Position numbers and translations under genes: made by a program. 58,993 nt of DNA from Candidatus Omnitrophota bacterium (lineage in GTDB: Bacteria > Omnitrophota > Omnitrophia > Omnitrophales > Omnitrophaceae): the NCBI GenBank assembly GCA_016209715.1, contig JACQVP010000014.1, positions 1-58,993 on the forward strand. The letters run 5' to 3'. This document shows positions 41,635-51,707 of this stretch, one piece after another (position 1 is the stretch's first letter; each line of letters starts with the position of its first letter). The notes beneath the pieces are model-generated. The model worked only from the letters and a program-made list of their open reading frames with translations, was not told the origin of the DNA and searched no databases.

Positions 41635-43212
41635 TCAGCGGTCATTGCCGGAATACGAAAGGTTCAGGCTCTTGTTGATCACCGGAAAGTCCGGCACGAT
41701 GTTCTCGAGAACCGCGTACTCGATAAGCGGCCAATTGGCGAAAGAGGGCGATTGAATCTTCCAGCGGCTGATCTTGCCCTCCCGGTCCGTCGAAAGCCAA
41801 TGGAAGCACTCGCCCCGCGGCGACTCGACCCCTCCCAGGGCATGAGCCATCGGCGCCAAAGGCCGCGGTACGGCCAGGCAGGGCCCCGGCGCGAGACCCG
41901 CGGCGACTTCGTGGATGAGCTTGAAGCTCTCGTAGATTTCCTGGATCCTGACTTTAAGCCGGGACTCGACGTCACCTTCCGCGAACACGGGCACCATGAA
42001 AAAGAGCTGTGAGTAGACGCCGTACGGATGATCGCGCCGGAGGTCGCGATCGACGCCCGAGGCCCGCGCCGCGGGGCCTGTGCCGCCGAGCGCTTCGGCG
42101 ATTTCCCTGCGGATGATCCCCGTTTCCTCCACCCGGTCGAGAAAGGAACTCGAATTCCAGATGATGTGGACGATCTGCTCGAAATCTTTCTTGATGGCTT
42201 CCGTTTCCCGGAGCAGATGATCCAAGGCGCCGGCCGCGAAGTCCTTGTGCACGCCCCCCGGTACGATCATGGACCGCAGGAGCCGCTGTCCCGTGAGCCT
42301 TTCGTTGAGCCGCAGGAGCCGCTCCTTGACCGCCGCCAACTGGGCCGCTCCGAAGCTGAAGGCCACGTCGAGAACGACGCCCGAAATATCGGCGACGTGG
42401 TTGTAAAGCCTTTCCAGTTCGAGCAAGATGACCCGCAGGCGGAGCGCCCGTTCGGGCACCGTCGTCCCGCTGAGAGCTTCCAGCGCCTGCGCGCAAGCCG
42501 CCGCATGCGACACCGAATTGTCGCCGGAGACCCTTTCGGCGAGGCATAGAATTTCCCGCGGGCTTTTTCCCTCGCCCAGTTTTTCGATCCCTTTGTGGGT
42601 GTAAAAAAGGCGGATCTCGAGCTTCAGGATGCTTTCCCCCGCCGATGAAAACCGGAAATGGCCCGGCTCGATCACCCCCGCGTGAACGGGCCCCACGGGG
42701 ATTTCGAAGACGCCGGCGCCTTCCACCCGCTCGAACGGGTAATCGCCCTGGCGGCGCGGGACTTTTACGCCGTTGGGGAAATCCTTGCGGAGCGGATATT
42801 GGCCGGCGGGCCAGTCCTCGTGCAAAACCAGACGCCGGGGATCCGGGTGACCGGACGGTTTGAGCCCGAACAAATCCTGGATCTCGCGCTCCTGCCAATT
42901 GGCCTGGGGATACAACGACACGACGGAGGGAAAGGAAGCCTCCGTTTCCCCCGCCTGCACCGCCAGGGCCAGGAACCGGTCTTCGCGCGGATGGGCGAAC
43001 GCATAACGCAGGCGGAAGCCCCCTCCCGACTTCCGTTCGTCAAATCCGGCCAGGAATAGAAAGCGCATCTCGAGGACGCGGGCCATGAATTCCGCCGCCG
43101 CGGGCAGGACTTCCGGCGCAACCGAGACCGATGTCAGACGGCCGGTCTCGGCGCGTTCGCCGTACACGGACTTGCCAAACTGTTGCTTCAAACGTTCGAT
43201 CTCAGGGGTCAT
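41635..43212 (-). CDS. NuoC-NuoD / HycE-like large subunit lacking all NiFe-binding cysteines (Ehr type)
   Basis: NWQEREIQDLFG (NuoC), then GPVHAGVIEPGHFRF and FYTHKGIEK (HycE/EchE-like). The L1 position reads ERVSGDNSVSH instead of R-x-C-G-x-C-x3-H. The C-terminus reads NLSYSGNDR-stop instead of D-P-C-x2-C-x2-R. The start is trimmed to the ATG at 43212. Confidence 0.85.
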   Translation of the reverse strand: MTPEIERLKQQFGKSVYGERAETGRLTSVSVAPEVLPAAAEFMARVLEMRFLFLAGFDERKSGGGFRLRYAFAHPREDRFLALAVQAGETEASFPSVVSLYPQANWQEREIQDLFGLKPSGHPDPRRLVLHEDWPAGQYPLRKDFPNGVKVPRRQGDYPFERVEGAGVFEIPVGPVHAGVIEPGHFRFSSAGESILKLEIRLFYTHKGIEKLGEGKSPREILCLAERVSGDNSVSHAAACAQALEALSGTTVPERALRLRVILLELERLYNHVADISGVVLDVAFSFGAAQLAAVKERLLRLNERLTGQRLLRSMIVPGGVHKDFAAGALDHLLRETEAIKKDFEQIVHIIWNSSSFLDRVEETGIIRREIAEALGGTGPAARASGVDRDLRRDHPYGVYSQLFFMVPVFAEGDVESRLKVRIQEIYESFKLIHEVAAGLAPGPCLAVPRPLAPMAHALGGVESPRGECFHWLSTDREGKISRWKIQSPSFANWPLIEYAVLENIVPDFPVINKSLNLSYSGNDR

Positions 43213-44678
43213 CCGCCCGCTCCTTCCACCACCCGCACGGCGCCGTGCAAGAGGTCCTGAAACGGCCCCGGAATATAAATCCCCAGGGACACGATCAAGA
43301 AGAGCCCGATCCAGAGCACTCCGTCCATCCAGCCGTTCCTGGAAGGATGCGGCTCCCGCACCCGCTCGCCCAGCGCCATTTCGCTCAGATGCCTCACAAA
43401 GCCGGCGAAGATCAGCACCAGCAGCGCGATGACGGCCGCCGTCGCCCCGAAATGCCGGCTGGCGAAACCGCCGCTCAGGATGGAAAATTCGCTGACGAAG
43501 ACACTGAAAGGCGGAAGGCCCGCAATGGCGAGGATCCCGGCAAAAAAGACGGTCCCCAGGAACGGGCTGGTCTTCAGGAGCCCCCGCACGCCGCGGATTT
43601 CCTTGGTGCGAAAGTGGTGCAGGATATGGCCGCAGCTGAAAAACAAGAGCGACTTGGTGAAGGCGTGATTGACGATGTGAAGCAGCGCGCCGTAGACCCC
43701 GAAAAACGACCCAAAACCGATCCCCGCCGCGGTGAGCCCCATGTGCTCGACGCTGGAGTAAGCCAGCAGTCTCTTGTAATCGCCCTGCACGAGAATGAAG
43801 GGACAGGCCACCGCCACCGACAGCACGCCGAAGAAGATCAGCAAGCCGTCCGAGAACCCCCCTCCGACCGCCGCCCGCGTCAGAATATGGAAACGGATGA
43901 TGCCCGAAATCGAACAGCTCAAGAGCACGCCCGAAAGGAGCGCGCTCACGGGGCTCGGCGCCTGGCTGTGCGCGTCCGGCAGCCAGGAGTGGAACGGGGC
44001 GAGCCCGGCCTTGGTCCCGTAACCGGCCAGGATGAATACGAACGCGAGTTTCATGATTTGGGGGTCCAGGGTCGCGGCCCGGGACAAAAGCACGGACCAG
44101 TGAAGGAGGTCCTGGCCTTCCCCGCCCCCGCCCGAAGTGGCCGAATAGTAGACCAGGATGATGCCGAAGAGCGCCAGCGCAATGCCGACGGTGCACAGAA
44201 TCAAATACTTCCAGGCCGCTTCGATGGAGCTTTTCTTGTCATCCACGTTGACGAGAAAAGCGGAGGCGAGCGTGGTCCCTTCGATCGCGATCCACATGAT
44301 CCCCAGATTATTGGACAAGACGACGAGCAGCATGCTCAGCAGAAAGAGATGGAAGAAAATGGCGTATCGCTTCAATTTTACGAGAGGGATCGCCAGGTCG
44401 CTTTCCCCAAAAAGATAGCCTGCCGCGTAAACGGCCGACAACAATCCCACGGTCGCGATCAAGAAAACAAACACCGCCGCCAGCGGGTCCAGCAGGATAT
44501 TGCCGCCGAACTCAAAACGCGGCCCCGTCCCCGCCGTCCGGAACACCAGGGCCCAGGCGCATCCGGCCAGCAGGGCCGCGCCGGAGACAAAGACCCATTG
44601 CAGAAATCTCTTCGCCGGCGACAGCACGGCCAGGAGGCCCGAAATCAGAGGGATCACGAGCAGGCAGGCGATTGTCAT
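43209..44678 (-). CDS. NuoM/N (HyfF/HycC)-like antiporter-type membrane subunit
   Basis: 489 aa, about 14 TM helices, and a Mrp/Nuo antiporter-like block FHSWLPDAHSQAPSPVSALLSG. Confidence 0.85.
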   Translation of the reverse strand: MTIACLLVIPLISGLLAVLSPAKRFLQWVFVSGAALLAGCAWALVFRTAGTGPRFEFGGNILLDPLAAVFVFLIATVGLLSAVYAAGYLFGESDLAIPLVKLKRYAIFFHLFLLSMLLVVLSNNLGIMWIAIEGTTLASAFLVNVDDKKSSIEAAWKYLILCTVGIALALFGIILVYYSATSGGGGEGQDLLHWSVLLSRAATLDPQIMKLAFVFILAGYGTKAGLAPFHSWLPDAHSQAPSPVSALLSGVLLSCSISGIIRFHILTRAAVGGGFSDGLLIFFGVLSVAVACPFILVQGDYKRLLAYSSVEHMGLTAAGIGFGSFFGVYGALLHIVNHAFTKSLLFFSCGHILHHFRTKEIRGVRGLLKTSPFLGTVFFAGILAIAGLPPFSVFVSEFSILSGGFASRHFGATAAVIALLVLIFAGFVRHLSEMALGERVREPHPSRNGWMDGVLWIGLFLIVSLGIYIPGPFQDLLHGAVRVVEGAGG

Positions 44679-44679
44679 A

Positions 44680-45342
44680 TCATCCTTTTAACATCGTCAA
44701 TTGATCCATGTCGAGGCCCTCGAAAGCTCCGCGGATCTTAAAGACAAAGACCCCCATGATGATGGCCCCCACCAGAACGTCGAAAAAGATCCCGATTTCA
44801 ACGAGGAGGGGCATCCCGAACGTGGTGGTGACGCCGAGCAGGAAAAGGCCGTTTTCGATCAGGAGAAGCCCCAGCACCTGGGTCAGCGCCTTCTTGCGCG
44901 TGGTCATCATGAACATGCCCAGGAACAGCGTGGCCACCGCAATGGAGACAAACTCCTGGGACAGCGGGGGCTTGATCGCGCGCAGGTTCCCGACCCCGTA
45001 AAACGAGATGAACACGAGGAGCGTCGAAAAAATGAGCGAAAGCGGGATGTTGAGGTAAGTCTCCACATCCCGGCGGATGCCGAGCCGGCGGATCATGCGG
45101 TAAAAGATCTGGGGGATCACGATGGTTTTCAGGACCAGGGTCAGAACGGCCGCGATCAGGACATGAGGAACGCGATGATAGAGGGCGGTGCCGGTGGTGA
45201 TGAGCGCGAGCAGGAACGAATGCAGCGCGTAAAAACGGATGCAGGCGAACAGTTGCGGCGAAACGATGAGCGCCAGCGAAGTCACGAGAAGGAGCATGGC
45301 CACGAAATGCAAGGCCGGCAGCATCCAGGCGGCGCCGGTCAT
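44680..45342 (-). CDS. HyfE/NuoK-like small membrane subunit
   Basis: About 220 aa and 6-7 TM helices. The start is trimmed to the ATG at 45342 (ATGA overlap). The position matches hyfE in hyf-type operons. Confidence 0.6.
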   Translation of the reverse strand: MTGAAWMLPALHFVAMLLLVTSLALIVSPQLFACIRFYALHSFLLALITTGTALYHRVPHVLIAAVLTLVLKTIVIPQIFYRMIRRLGIRRDVETYLNIPLSLIFSTLLVFISFYGVGNLRAIKPPLSQEFVSIAVATLFLGMFMMTTRKKALTQVLGLLLIENGLFLLGVTTTFGMPLLVEIGIFFDVLVGAIIMGVFVFKIRGAFEGLDMDQLTMLKG

Positions 45343-46286
45343 TGCCAGCTTCCCATCATGAGCTGTCCCAGCATCGAAAGGATCGCCAGCGCGTAGGCCA
45401 CCCCGAGCAGGTCCGGGACCCGGAACAGGCGGAGTTTGGCGCAGTGGATCTCGATCCAGCCGACGAGGAGCGCCAGCGAAAGGACTTTGGCGGCGAAGAT
45501 CAGCACCGCCAAGAGCGCCGCCGCCGGCGAAGCGACGCTGAGCGCCGGTGAAGGGATAAAGAAATTCGCCAGAAGCGTCAGGAAAATCAGCTGTTTGATC
45601 TGGTGCGCCCATTCAATCAGCGCGAGATATGGGCCGGAATATTCCAGGACCATGGCCTCATGGATCATGGTGAGTTCCAGATGGGTGGAGGGGTTGTCAA
45701 CCGGAATGCGGCCGCTCTCGGCGATCGCCACGATGAGCATCGCCCCAAAGGCCGGGACCATGAAATAAAGTCCGTCCAGGGGGGCTTCCGCGCTCAGCCG
45801 CGAGGCCATGCCCGAAAGAGACAGCGTCTGCGTGCGGTAAGCCAGCGCAAACAACGTCAGCAAAAAGGCCGGCTCAGCCAGCGAACCCAGGGTCATTTCC
45901 CGGCTGGAACCCATCCCCCCGAATGTCGTCCCGGTGTCGAGAGCCGCCAGCGCGAGAAAAAACTTGCCCAAGGCCAGGAAATAAACGAATACCACGAGGT
46001 CCCCCAGGAACCCAAACAACGGCTCCGCCCCAATGGCGGGAATCATCCACGCCGCGATGACGGTAGAGCAGAAAAGCACGATGGGCATGGCATGAAAAAT
46101 CCACGAGGCCTGGTCCGAAATGACCATGTTTTTACGGAACAATTTGCCGAGATCCGCGTAGGCTTGAACAAGCGACGGCCCCCGCCGGTTTTGCGAGGCG
46201 GCCTTCATTTTCTTGATGAACCAGCCCGAGGCGGGCGCGACCGCCAGGAGGACCAGCCCTTGGAGCAGCGATCCGGCCAGGTTCAT
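45339..46286 (-). CDS. NuoH/HycD-like membrane subunit
   Basis: 315 aa and polytopic. RGPSLVQAYADLGKLFRK and EGESELVAG-like (ESGRIPVDNP..E) blocks are typical of HycD/NuoH. Confidence 0.8.
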   Translation of the reverse strand: MNLAGSLLQGLVLLAVAPASGWFIKKMKAASQNRRGPSLVQAYADLGKLFRKNMVISDQASWIFHAMPIVLFCSTVIAAWMIPAIGAEPLFGFLGDLVVFVYFLALGKFFLALAALDTGTTFGGMGSSREMTLGSLAEPAFLLTLFALAYRTQTLSLSGMASRLSAEAPLDGLYFMVPAFGAMLIVAIAESGRIPVDNPSTHLELTMIHEAMVLEYSGPYLALIEWAHQIKQLIFLTLLANFFIPSPALSVASPAAALLAVLIFAAKVLSLALLVGWIEIHCAKLRLFRVPDLLGVAYALAILSMLGQLMMGSWQ

Positions 46287-48304
46287 AGAAGCCTCACCAC
46301 CAGGACCAGAATGATCGTGGTCAGAAGAATGTAACTCAGATAGAGCTGGATGTGCCCCGTCTGGATTTGCCTGGCCTTTTCCGAGAGGCCGATGATCCAG
46401 CGCGCCAGCGGGCGGTAAAGGACCTCTTCAAACAACGGACGGATCCTCGACTCAAACCGCTGGGCGGTGCGCAGGAGGACGTGGCCTTCATCTTCGACCT
46501 CGACCCGGCGCAGGGGCTGATAAAGAAAAGAAAAGATCCTCCGCAGGGGCTTCGAGTAGCCGGTCGCCGAATACTGCATGCGGTCGGTGATCCGCGAAAA
46601 ACCGCAATCCCAATTGGGTCCGGTCCGCACTTTGAGCTGTTTCAATCTCAGGCGCCGCCAGATCCAAAGGGAGATCGGAAGAACGGCCAAAAGCCCCAAC
46701 CCGGCGGCGGGCATAAAGCGGCCCATCTCGGCCGGTCCGGACACGCAAACGGATTGTCCGGAAGGCAGAAAATCGGCCGGTGCGCCTTCCAAGAGGTCCG
46801 CCGCAACCCGGCTCAGGATCCCCGCTGTCCAGCCTGCACCGGCGGACAAAAGAACGCATCCCGCGGAAAGAACGGCCATGGCCGCTTTCATCCAGCCGTC
46901 CGATTCCCGGGCCTGGGCCGCCTCGGAAGAGCGCGGACTTCCCAGAAAAGTGATGCCGAAGGCCTTGACGAAACACATCGCGGCCAGCGCTCCGGCAAAC
47001 CCGAAAAGTGAAGCCAGGATCGGAAAGAAGAAGCGAGCCGCCAGTCCTTGGAACTGCATGCCCGCGAACAAAGCAATCAAAGTCATCCATTCGCTCACGA
47101 AACCGTTTAGCGGCGGAAGGGCGGAAATCGCGACGCAGCCCGTCAGAAAAAAAGCCGCCGTCGCGGGCATTCGGTGGATCAGTCCGCCCAACCGCTCCAT
47201 GTCCCGGCAATGGACGGCCGAAAAAACTGAGCCCGCGCCCAAAAACAAAAGCCCTTTGAAGAAGGCGTGATTGACCGAGTGGAACAGCGCGGCGATGAGC
47301 GCAAAGCCCGCCCAGGCCGTCCGGCCCGAGGCGGCGAAAAACAACGAGGATCCGATCCCCAGGAAAACAATGCCCATATTTTCGATGCTGCTGTAAGCCA
47401 ACAGGCGCTTGAGATCATGCTCCATGAGCGCGTAGAGGATGCCGATCAGCGCCGATAAAATGCCGGCGCAAAGAATCACTCCGCCCCACCAGGCCTCGAT
47501 CTCCCCTAAAAATTGAAAAAGGAAGCGCAACAGCGCGTAAATCGCGGTCTTGATCATCACGCCTGACATCAGGGCCGAGGCGTGACTGGGCGCCTGCGTA
47601 TGCGCTTCCGGAAGCCAAATGTGCAGCGGAATCATTCCGGCCTTTGTCCCAAGCCCAATCAGGGCGCAGACAAAAACAGCGTTTTTCCAGGCCGGGGCCA
47701 GGGCGGACGCGCTCGCCTGAAAGTCCCGGAACTCAAAGCTCCCGGCGTTCAGAAACAGGGCCAAAAAGGCGATCATGAGAAAAGCGGTCCCCAGGTGCGT
47801 CATCACAAAATATAAGAGGCCCGCCCGGCGGGACTCCTTCTGCTCATGCTCCATGACGACGAACATATAAGAGGTCAACGCCATCACTTCCCAGCTGAGC
47901 AGGAAATAAAAGGCATTGGCAGCCGTGATCACGAGCGCCATGCTGCAAATGAAACTGTTATAGACAAATCCCAAGAAACGCGCGTCCCGATGATGATCTT
48001 TGAGGTAACCGACCGCATAAATGGAAACGGCGGCCGATAGAGCCGACAGGATGAACAGAAACACGGCCGACAGCCGGTCGAGGCGGAGGGTCAGGTTCCC
48101 GAACACGCCTTCCCCCGGGAAAACCCATTCGAACGGAATTCCGCTCGCGAAAACGAAAAGGGCGCAGGCCAGGCCGAGCATGGAACCGATGCCCGCCGCG
48201 AGGTGGCTGGCGGCCGAGGCCAAGCGCGTGTTCTTTCCGGAGAGCGCCGGAATGAGCGCCCCGAAGATATAAAATATGAATTGCAGTAAAAACAGGGTTT
48301 TCAT
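46283..48304 (-). CDS. NuoL (HyfB)-like antiporter-type membrane subunit
   Basis: 673 aa with LHIWLPEAHTQAPSHASALMSG and AYSSIENMG blocks. The start is trimmed to the ATG at 48304 (ATGA overlap). Confidence 0.85.
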   Translation of the reverse strand: MKTLFLLQFIFYIFGALIPALSGKNTRLASAASHLAAGIGSMLGLACALFVFASGIPFEWVFPGEGVFGNLTLRLDRLSAVFLFILSALSAAVSIYAVGYLKDHHRDARFLGFVYNSFICSMALVITAANAFYFLLSWEVMALTSYMFVVMEHEQKESRRAGLLYFVMTHLGTAFLMIAFLALFLNAGSFEFRDFQASASALAPAWKNAVFVCALIGLGTKAGMIPLHIWLPEAHTQAPSHASALMSGVMIKTAIYALLRFLFQFLGEIEAWWGGVILCAGILSALIGILYALMEHDLKRLLAYSSIENMGIVFLGIGSSLFFAASGRTAWAGFALIAALFHSVNHAFFKGLLFLGAGSVFSAVHCRDMERLGGLIHRMPATAAFFLTGCVAISALPPLNGFVSEWMTLIALFAGMQFQGLAARFFFPILASLFGFAGALAAMCFVKAFGITFLGSPRSSEAAQARESDGWMKAAMAVLSAGCVLLSAGAGWTAGILSRVAADLLEGAPADFLPSGQSVCVSGPAEMGRFMPAAGLGLLAVLPISLWIWRRLRLKQLKVRTGPNWDCGFSRITDRMQYSATGYSKPLRRIFSFLYQPLRRVEVEDEGHVLLRTAQRFESRIRPLFEEVLYRPLARWIIGLSEKARQIQTGHIQLYLSYILLTTIILVLVVRLL

Positions 48305-49026
48305 TTCACCACCAGGACCGGACAGGCCGCCTCCTCGGCAATGGTGTCGCAGAGCGCCCGAAAACGATGATCCCTCCAGTGATGGGTCTCGCTCGACCCC
48401 ATGATCAGCATGTCCGCGGATGATTCGCGGCACGCCGCCTGAAGGGTTTGCCTCGGTTCGCCGCAAAGGATGCGGTATCGGGCCCTGACTTTCAGCCGGT
48501 GGAATAAATACTCCGCCCGGGCCTGGGCCATCCGGAGGGCCGGCGAGGAAGCGGAGCCCACCGTCACGACCTCGACTGGGGAGCGGCCGCGCTTGCCCAG
48601 CAAGGCCGCCAAGCCGAGGGCCTTTTCGTTGAAACGGCCGCCGATGCAGGCCAGCACGATGTTGCGGATCTCCCGGTCGAAATGACCGGGGATCGCCAAG
48701 ACCGGACAGGGCGCCTCCTTCAAGGCCGTCCTGACGAAGGTTCGCACATTCCCTTCTTTCAGCAGCGCCACATAGTCGTGTCCGCTCTGGAACGACCGCA
48801 GGAGAGCGGGAAACGAATCTTCATAAACGCACTTTTCCCACCGGAACGAACCGTGGTCCGCTTCTTCATTCAGAAAGCGCGAATAAAAATCAATTTTGCT
48901 CGGCCGGTCTTTGAGCCACTCGCCGGAAACCCACCACCGCAGTTCCGCGCCGATCGCTTCCGCGATTTCAATGGAAGCCCGCAGGAATCCCGTGTGACAT
49001 CCGTCCGTGGGGAGAAAAATGGCCAT
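48301..49026 (-). CDS. Universal stress protein (tandem USP-like)
   Basis: C-terminal ADMLIMGSSETHHW...ACPVLVVK USP signature. The start is ambiguous: ATG at 49026 with AGGAGA, or ATG at 49071 without an RBS. Confidence 0.65.
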   Translation of the reverse strand: MAIFLPTDGCHTGFLRASIEIAEAIGAELRWWVSGEWLKDRPSKIDFYSRFLNEEADHGSFRWEKCVYEDSFPALLRSFQSGHDYVALLKEGNVRTFVRTALKEAPCPVLAIPGHFDREIRNIVLACIGGRFNEKALGLAALLGKRGRSPVEVVTVGSASSPALRMAQARAEYLFHRLKVRARYRILCGEPRQTLQAACRESSADMLIMGSSETHHWRDHRFRALCDTIAEEAACPVLVVK

Positions 49027-49078
49027 GTTCTCCTGCGCTTTCTTATGGCTATTCCTGGTTGGGGCGGGCATGGCGGGA

Positions 49079-50251
49079 TCAGGTGGAAAGATGGGCGGGA
49101 ACGCGAGCCCGGCCCTCATCTGCGGACGGCAATAACGTGACCTCTTCGGCTTCGCCTTGCAGGAACCGCTCCGTTTCCAGCCGCGCCTGGGCATCGTCCA
49201 TTTGCCGAGGGGGATGCTTCATATAATAGGCCGATACGCCCTCCAAGGGCCCGCGGAGGCCCCGCTGCCGTGCGATCTTCAGACAGCGGATTGCGTCGAT
49301 GACGATCCCGGCGGAGTTGGGAGAATCCTCGACGGAAAGCCGCAGTTCGATGCTGACGGGAGCTCCCGAGAATCCGCGGCCTTCCATGCGCACGAAACAA
49401 AGCTTATTGTCTTTCTGCCAAGGGACATAATCGGAAGGGCCGATGTGGATATCCTCGTCGGGGAGCCTTTCCGGCAATTGCGATTGCACAGCTTCGGTCT
49501 TGGATATTTTCTTACTCTTCAGACGATCCCGGTTGAGCATGTTCAGGAAGTCGGTGTTGCCGCCCGTGTTGAGCTGGTAAGTCCGGTCCAATTTCACTCC
49601 CCGGTCCACAAAAAGCTTGGTCAGGACGCGGTGCACGATCGTGGCGCCGAGCTGCGATTTGATGTCGTCGCCGATCAGCGGAATGCCTTTCGTCCGGAAG
49701 CGCTCGGCCCAGACGGGATTGCTGGCCACGAAAACAGGCATGCAATTGACCAGGCTCACACCGGCCTCCAGACAGGCCTCCGCGTAAAAGGCGGTGGCCA
49801 TTTCGGAGCCAACCGGCAGATAATTCAACAGGATTTCCGTCTTGGTTTCCCGAAGCCGGCGGACCAGTTGGGCTAATTCAAGGGGTTTCTGCCCCGCCAG
49901 CACGAAGCGACGGGATTCCGGATAATCGTTCATGTGCGCGGACAGGCCGTCCAGCGGATTGCCCATCTCCACCGTCACTCCCTTATCCACGGCAGGATAG
50001 AGCCGCATAGCGCAATTGGGCTCGGCAAATAGTGCCTCTCCCACGGGACGGCCGACCTTGCGCCGGTCAATGTCAACGGCCAGAACCGTTTCAATCTCTC
50101 CCGGAGCGAAACCTCCGATTTCCGGATGCATCAATCCCGGGACCTTCTCCGGAATTCCCCCCTTGAACAAGTCCCGGTAAAGGGCGATGCCCTGCAACAA
50201 GGAGCTGGCGCAATTCCCCACTCCCACGACGGCGATTCTGATCCTAGGCAT
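49079..50251 (-). CDS. ino1: myo-Inositol-1-phosphate synthase
   Basis: IRIAVVGVGNCASSLLQG N-terminal fold and LNRDRLKSKKISKTEAV, typical of archaeal/bacterial MIPS. Confidence 0.8.
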   Translation of the reverse strand: MPRIRIAVVGVGNCASSLLQGIALYRDLFKGGIPEKVPGLMHPEIGGFAPGEIETVLAVDIDRRKVGRPVGEALFAEPNCAMRLYPAVDKGVTVEMGNPLDGLSAHMNDYPESRRFVLAGQKPLELAQLVRRLRETKTEILLNYLPVGSEMATAFYAEACLEAGVSLVNCMPVFVASNPVWAERFRTKGIPLIGDDIKSQLGATIVHRVLTKLFVDRGVKLDRTYQLNTGGNTDFLNMLNRDRLKSKKISKTEAVQSQLPERLPDEDIHIGPSDYVPWQKDNKLCFVRMEGRGFSGAPVSIELRLSVEDSPNSAGIVIDAIRCLKIARQRGLRGPLEGVSAYYMKHPPRQMDDAQARLETERFLQGEAEEVTLLPSADEGRARVPAHLST

Positions 50252-51671
50252 GCATTCCCTCTCTCATTCTTCTTTGGGCCACGCCGGTTTTGTACGCGGC
50301 CTTGGCCACGCCGTCCGCGACCGCAGCGACGACTCGCGGATCGAAAATGCTCGGAATGATGTATTCCTCGCTCAGCTGTTCGGGAGAGATGAGACCGGCG
50401 AGCGCGTTTGCCGCCGCGACTTTCATTTCCTCGTTGATAGCCTTGGCGCGGACATTTAACGCGCCCCGAAAAATGCCGGGGAAGGCAAGGGCATTGTTGA
50501 TCTGGTTGGGAAAATCCGAGCGGCCCGTGGCAAAAATACGGCAGGCCTTGAGGGCCTCGAAGGGATCGACCTCGGGGTCCGGATTGGCCATCGCGAAAAC
50601 GATCCGGTCCTTTTTCATCCACCGCAGGTCCGAAACGTCGAGCAGGTTCGCGGCCGACACTCCGATGAACACGTCCGCCCCGCGCAGGGCCTCCTTCAAG
50701 GTCATCATCGGCTCGGCGCTCCGTTCGTGCAGATCCAGACGGCTGCGCAATTCCCGCTTGTCGCCGGCGAGCACCACGCCGCGCCGGCCGCATCCCAGGA
50801 GATGGCGAGCGCCTGCGGCGAGCAGTATCTGACAGCAGGCCGTGCCCGCCGCGCCCAGTCCGCTCACCACAATCCGGACTTTGGAAATTTCCTTCCCCAG
50901 GATCTTCAGCGCGTTCTTCAGAGCGGCCAGGACCACTACGGCCGTGCCATGCTGATCATCGTGCATGACCGGAATGTCGAGCGTCTTCTTCAGACGCTCC
51001 TCGATCTCGAAACAACGGGGAGCGCTGATGTCCTCCAGGTTGATCCCCCCGAAGGCGGGAGCGATGTTCTGGACAGTCTTGACGATTTCGTCAACGTCCT
51101 GCGTCGCCAGACAGACCGGCCAGGCGTCGATCCCGGCGAATTCCTTGAATATCATGGCCTTGCCTTCCATGACCGGCATGGCGGCCGCCGGCCCCAAATT
51201 GCCCAATCCCAGAATCGCCGAGCCGTCGGTGATTACGGCAACACTATTGCCTTTCACGGTGAGCGCGTAAACCTTGCTGGGCTCTTCGGATATGGCTCGC
51301 GAAACGCGGGCCACCCCCGGCGTGTAGGCCATGGAAAGCTGATTGCGGGTTTTCAGAGGGAACTTGCTGTGGACTTGGATCTTGCCTCCCAAATGCATTA
51401 GGAAAATACGGTCGGATACGGAGATGACCCGGATCGAAGAGACATTTTTAAGCCCGGCGACGACACGCTCCCCGTCTTCCTCGTCCGCCACGTCAAATGT
51501 GATATCCCGCACAATTTTCGACTTGGTGACCTCGACAATATCCACCGCCCCGAGGTTCGCCCCTTCCTGGGCCAGGGCCACTGCCACTTGGGCAAACACG
51601 CCGGGCTTATTGTCCAGCTCCAGGCGCGCCGTGAGGCGGTAATTAGAATAAGGGCCGTCGTCGCGGGTCAT
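50244..51671 (-). CDS. NAD(P)-dependent malic enzyme with an N-terminal ACT-like domain
   Basis: PVMEGKAMIFKEFAGID, VMHDDQHGTAVV and VSGLGAAGTAC blocks. Confidence 0.9.
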   Translation of the reverse strand: MTRDDGPYSNYRLTARLELDNKPGVFAQVAVALAQEGANLGAVDIVEVTKSKIVRDITFDVADEEDGERVVAGLKNVSSIRVISVSDRIFLMHLGGKIQVHSKFPLKTRNQLSMAYTPGVARVSRAISEEPSKVYALTVKGNSVAVITDGSAILGLGNLGPAAAMPVMEGKAMIFKEFAGIDAWPVCLATQDVDEIVKTVQNIAPAFGGINLEDISAPRCFEIEERLKKTLDIPVMHDDQHGTAVVVLAALKNALKILGKEISKVRIVVSGLGAAGTACCQILLAAGARHLLGCGRRGVVLAGDKRELRSRLDLHERSAEPMMTLKEALRGADVFIGVSAANLLDVSDLRWMKKDRIVFAMANPDPEVDPFEALKACRIFATGRSDFPNQINNALAFPGIFRGALNVRAKAINEEMKVAAANALAGLISPEQLSEEYIIPSIFDPRVVAAVADGVAKAAYKTGVAQRRMREGMHA

Positions 51672-51707
51672 GATAGTCTCATCTATTCAAATATGGCAAT
51701 ATTGTCA

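Noticed and set aside
41635-44196. N-terminal extensions of track ORFs: this 853-aa ORF, plus 3260-4834, 6130-7242, 7630-8790, 9268-10584, 20527-21435, 44680-45612, 46283-48466, 48301-49194 and 51740-52138
   Set aside because: The extensions overlap the upstream gene (or, for 51740-52138, the tRNA), are Arg/Gly-rich, and end at internal ATGs that form ATGA overlaps or sit behind good RBSs. Starts were trimmed accordingly.
40708-48304. Calling the six-gene module a group 4 [NiFe]-hydrogenase / formate hydrogenlyase
   Set aside because: Both CxxC pairs of the large subunit are absent (ERVSGDNSVSH; NLSYSGNDR-stop). There is no C-terminal processing tail, and no hyp or formate dehydrogenase genes are nearby.
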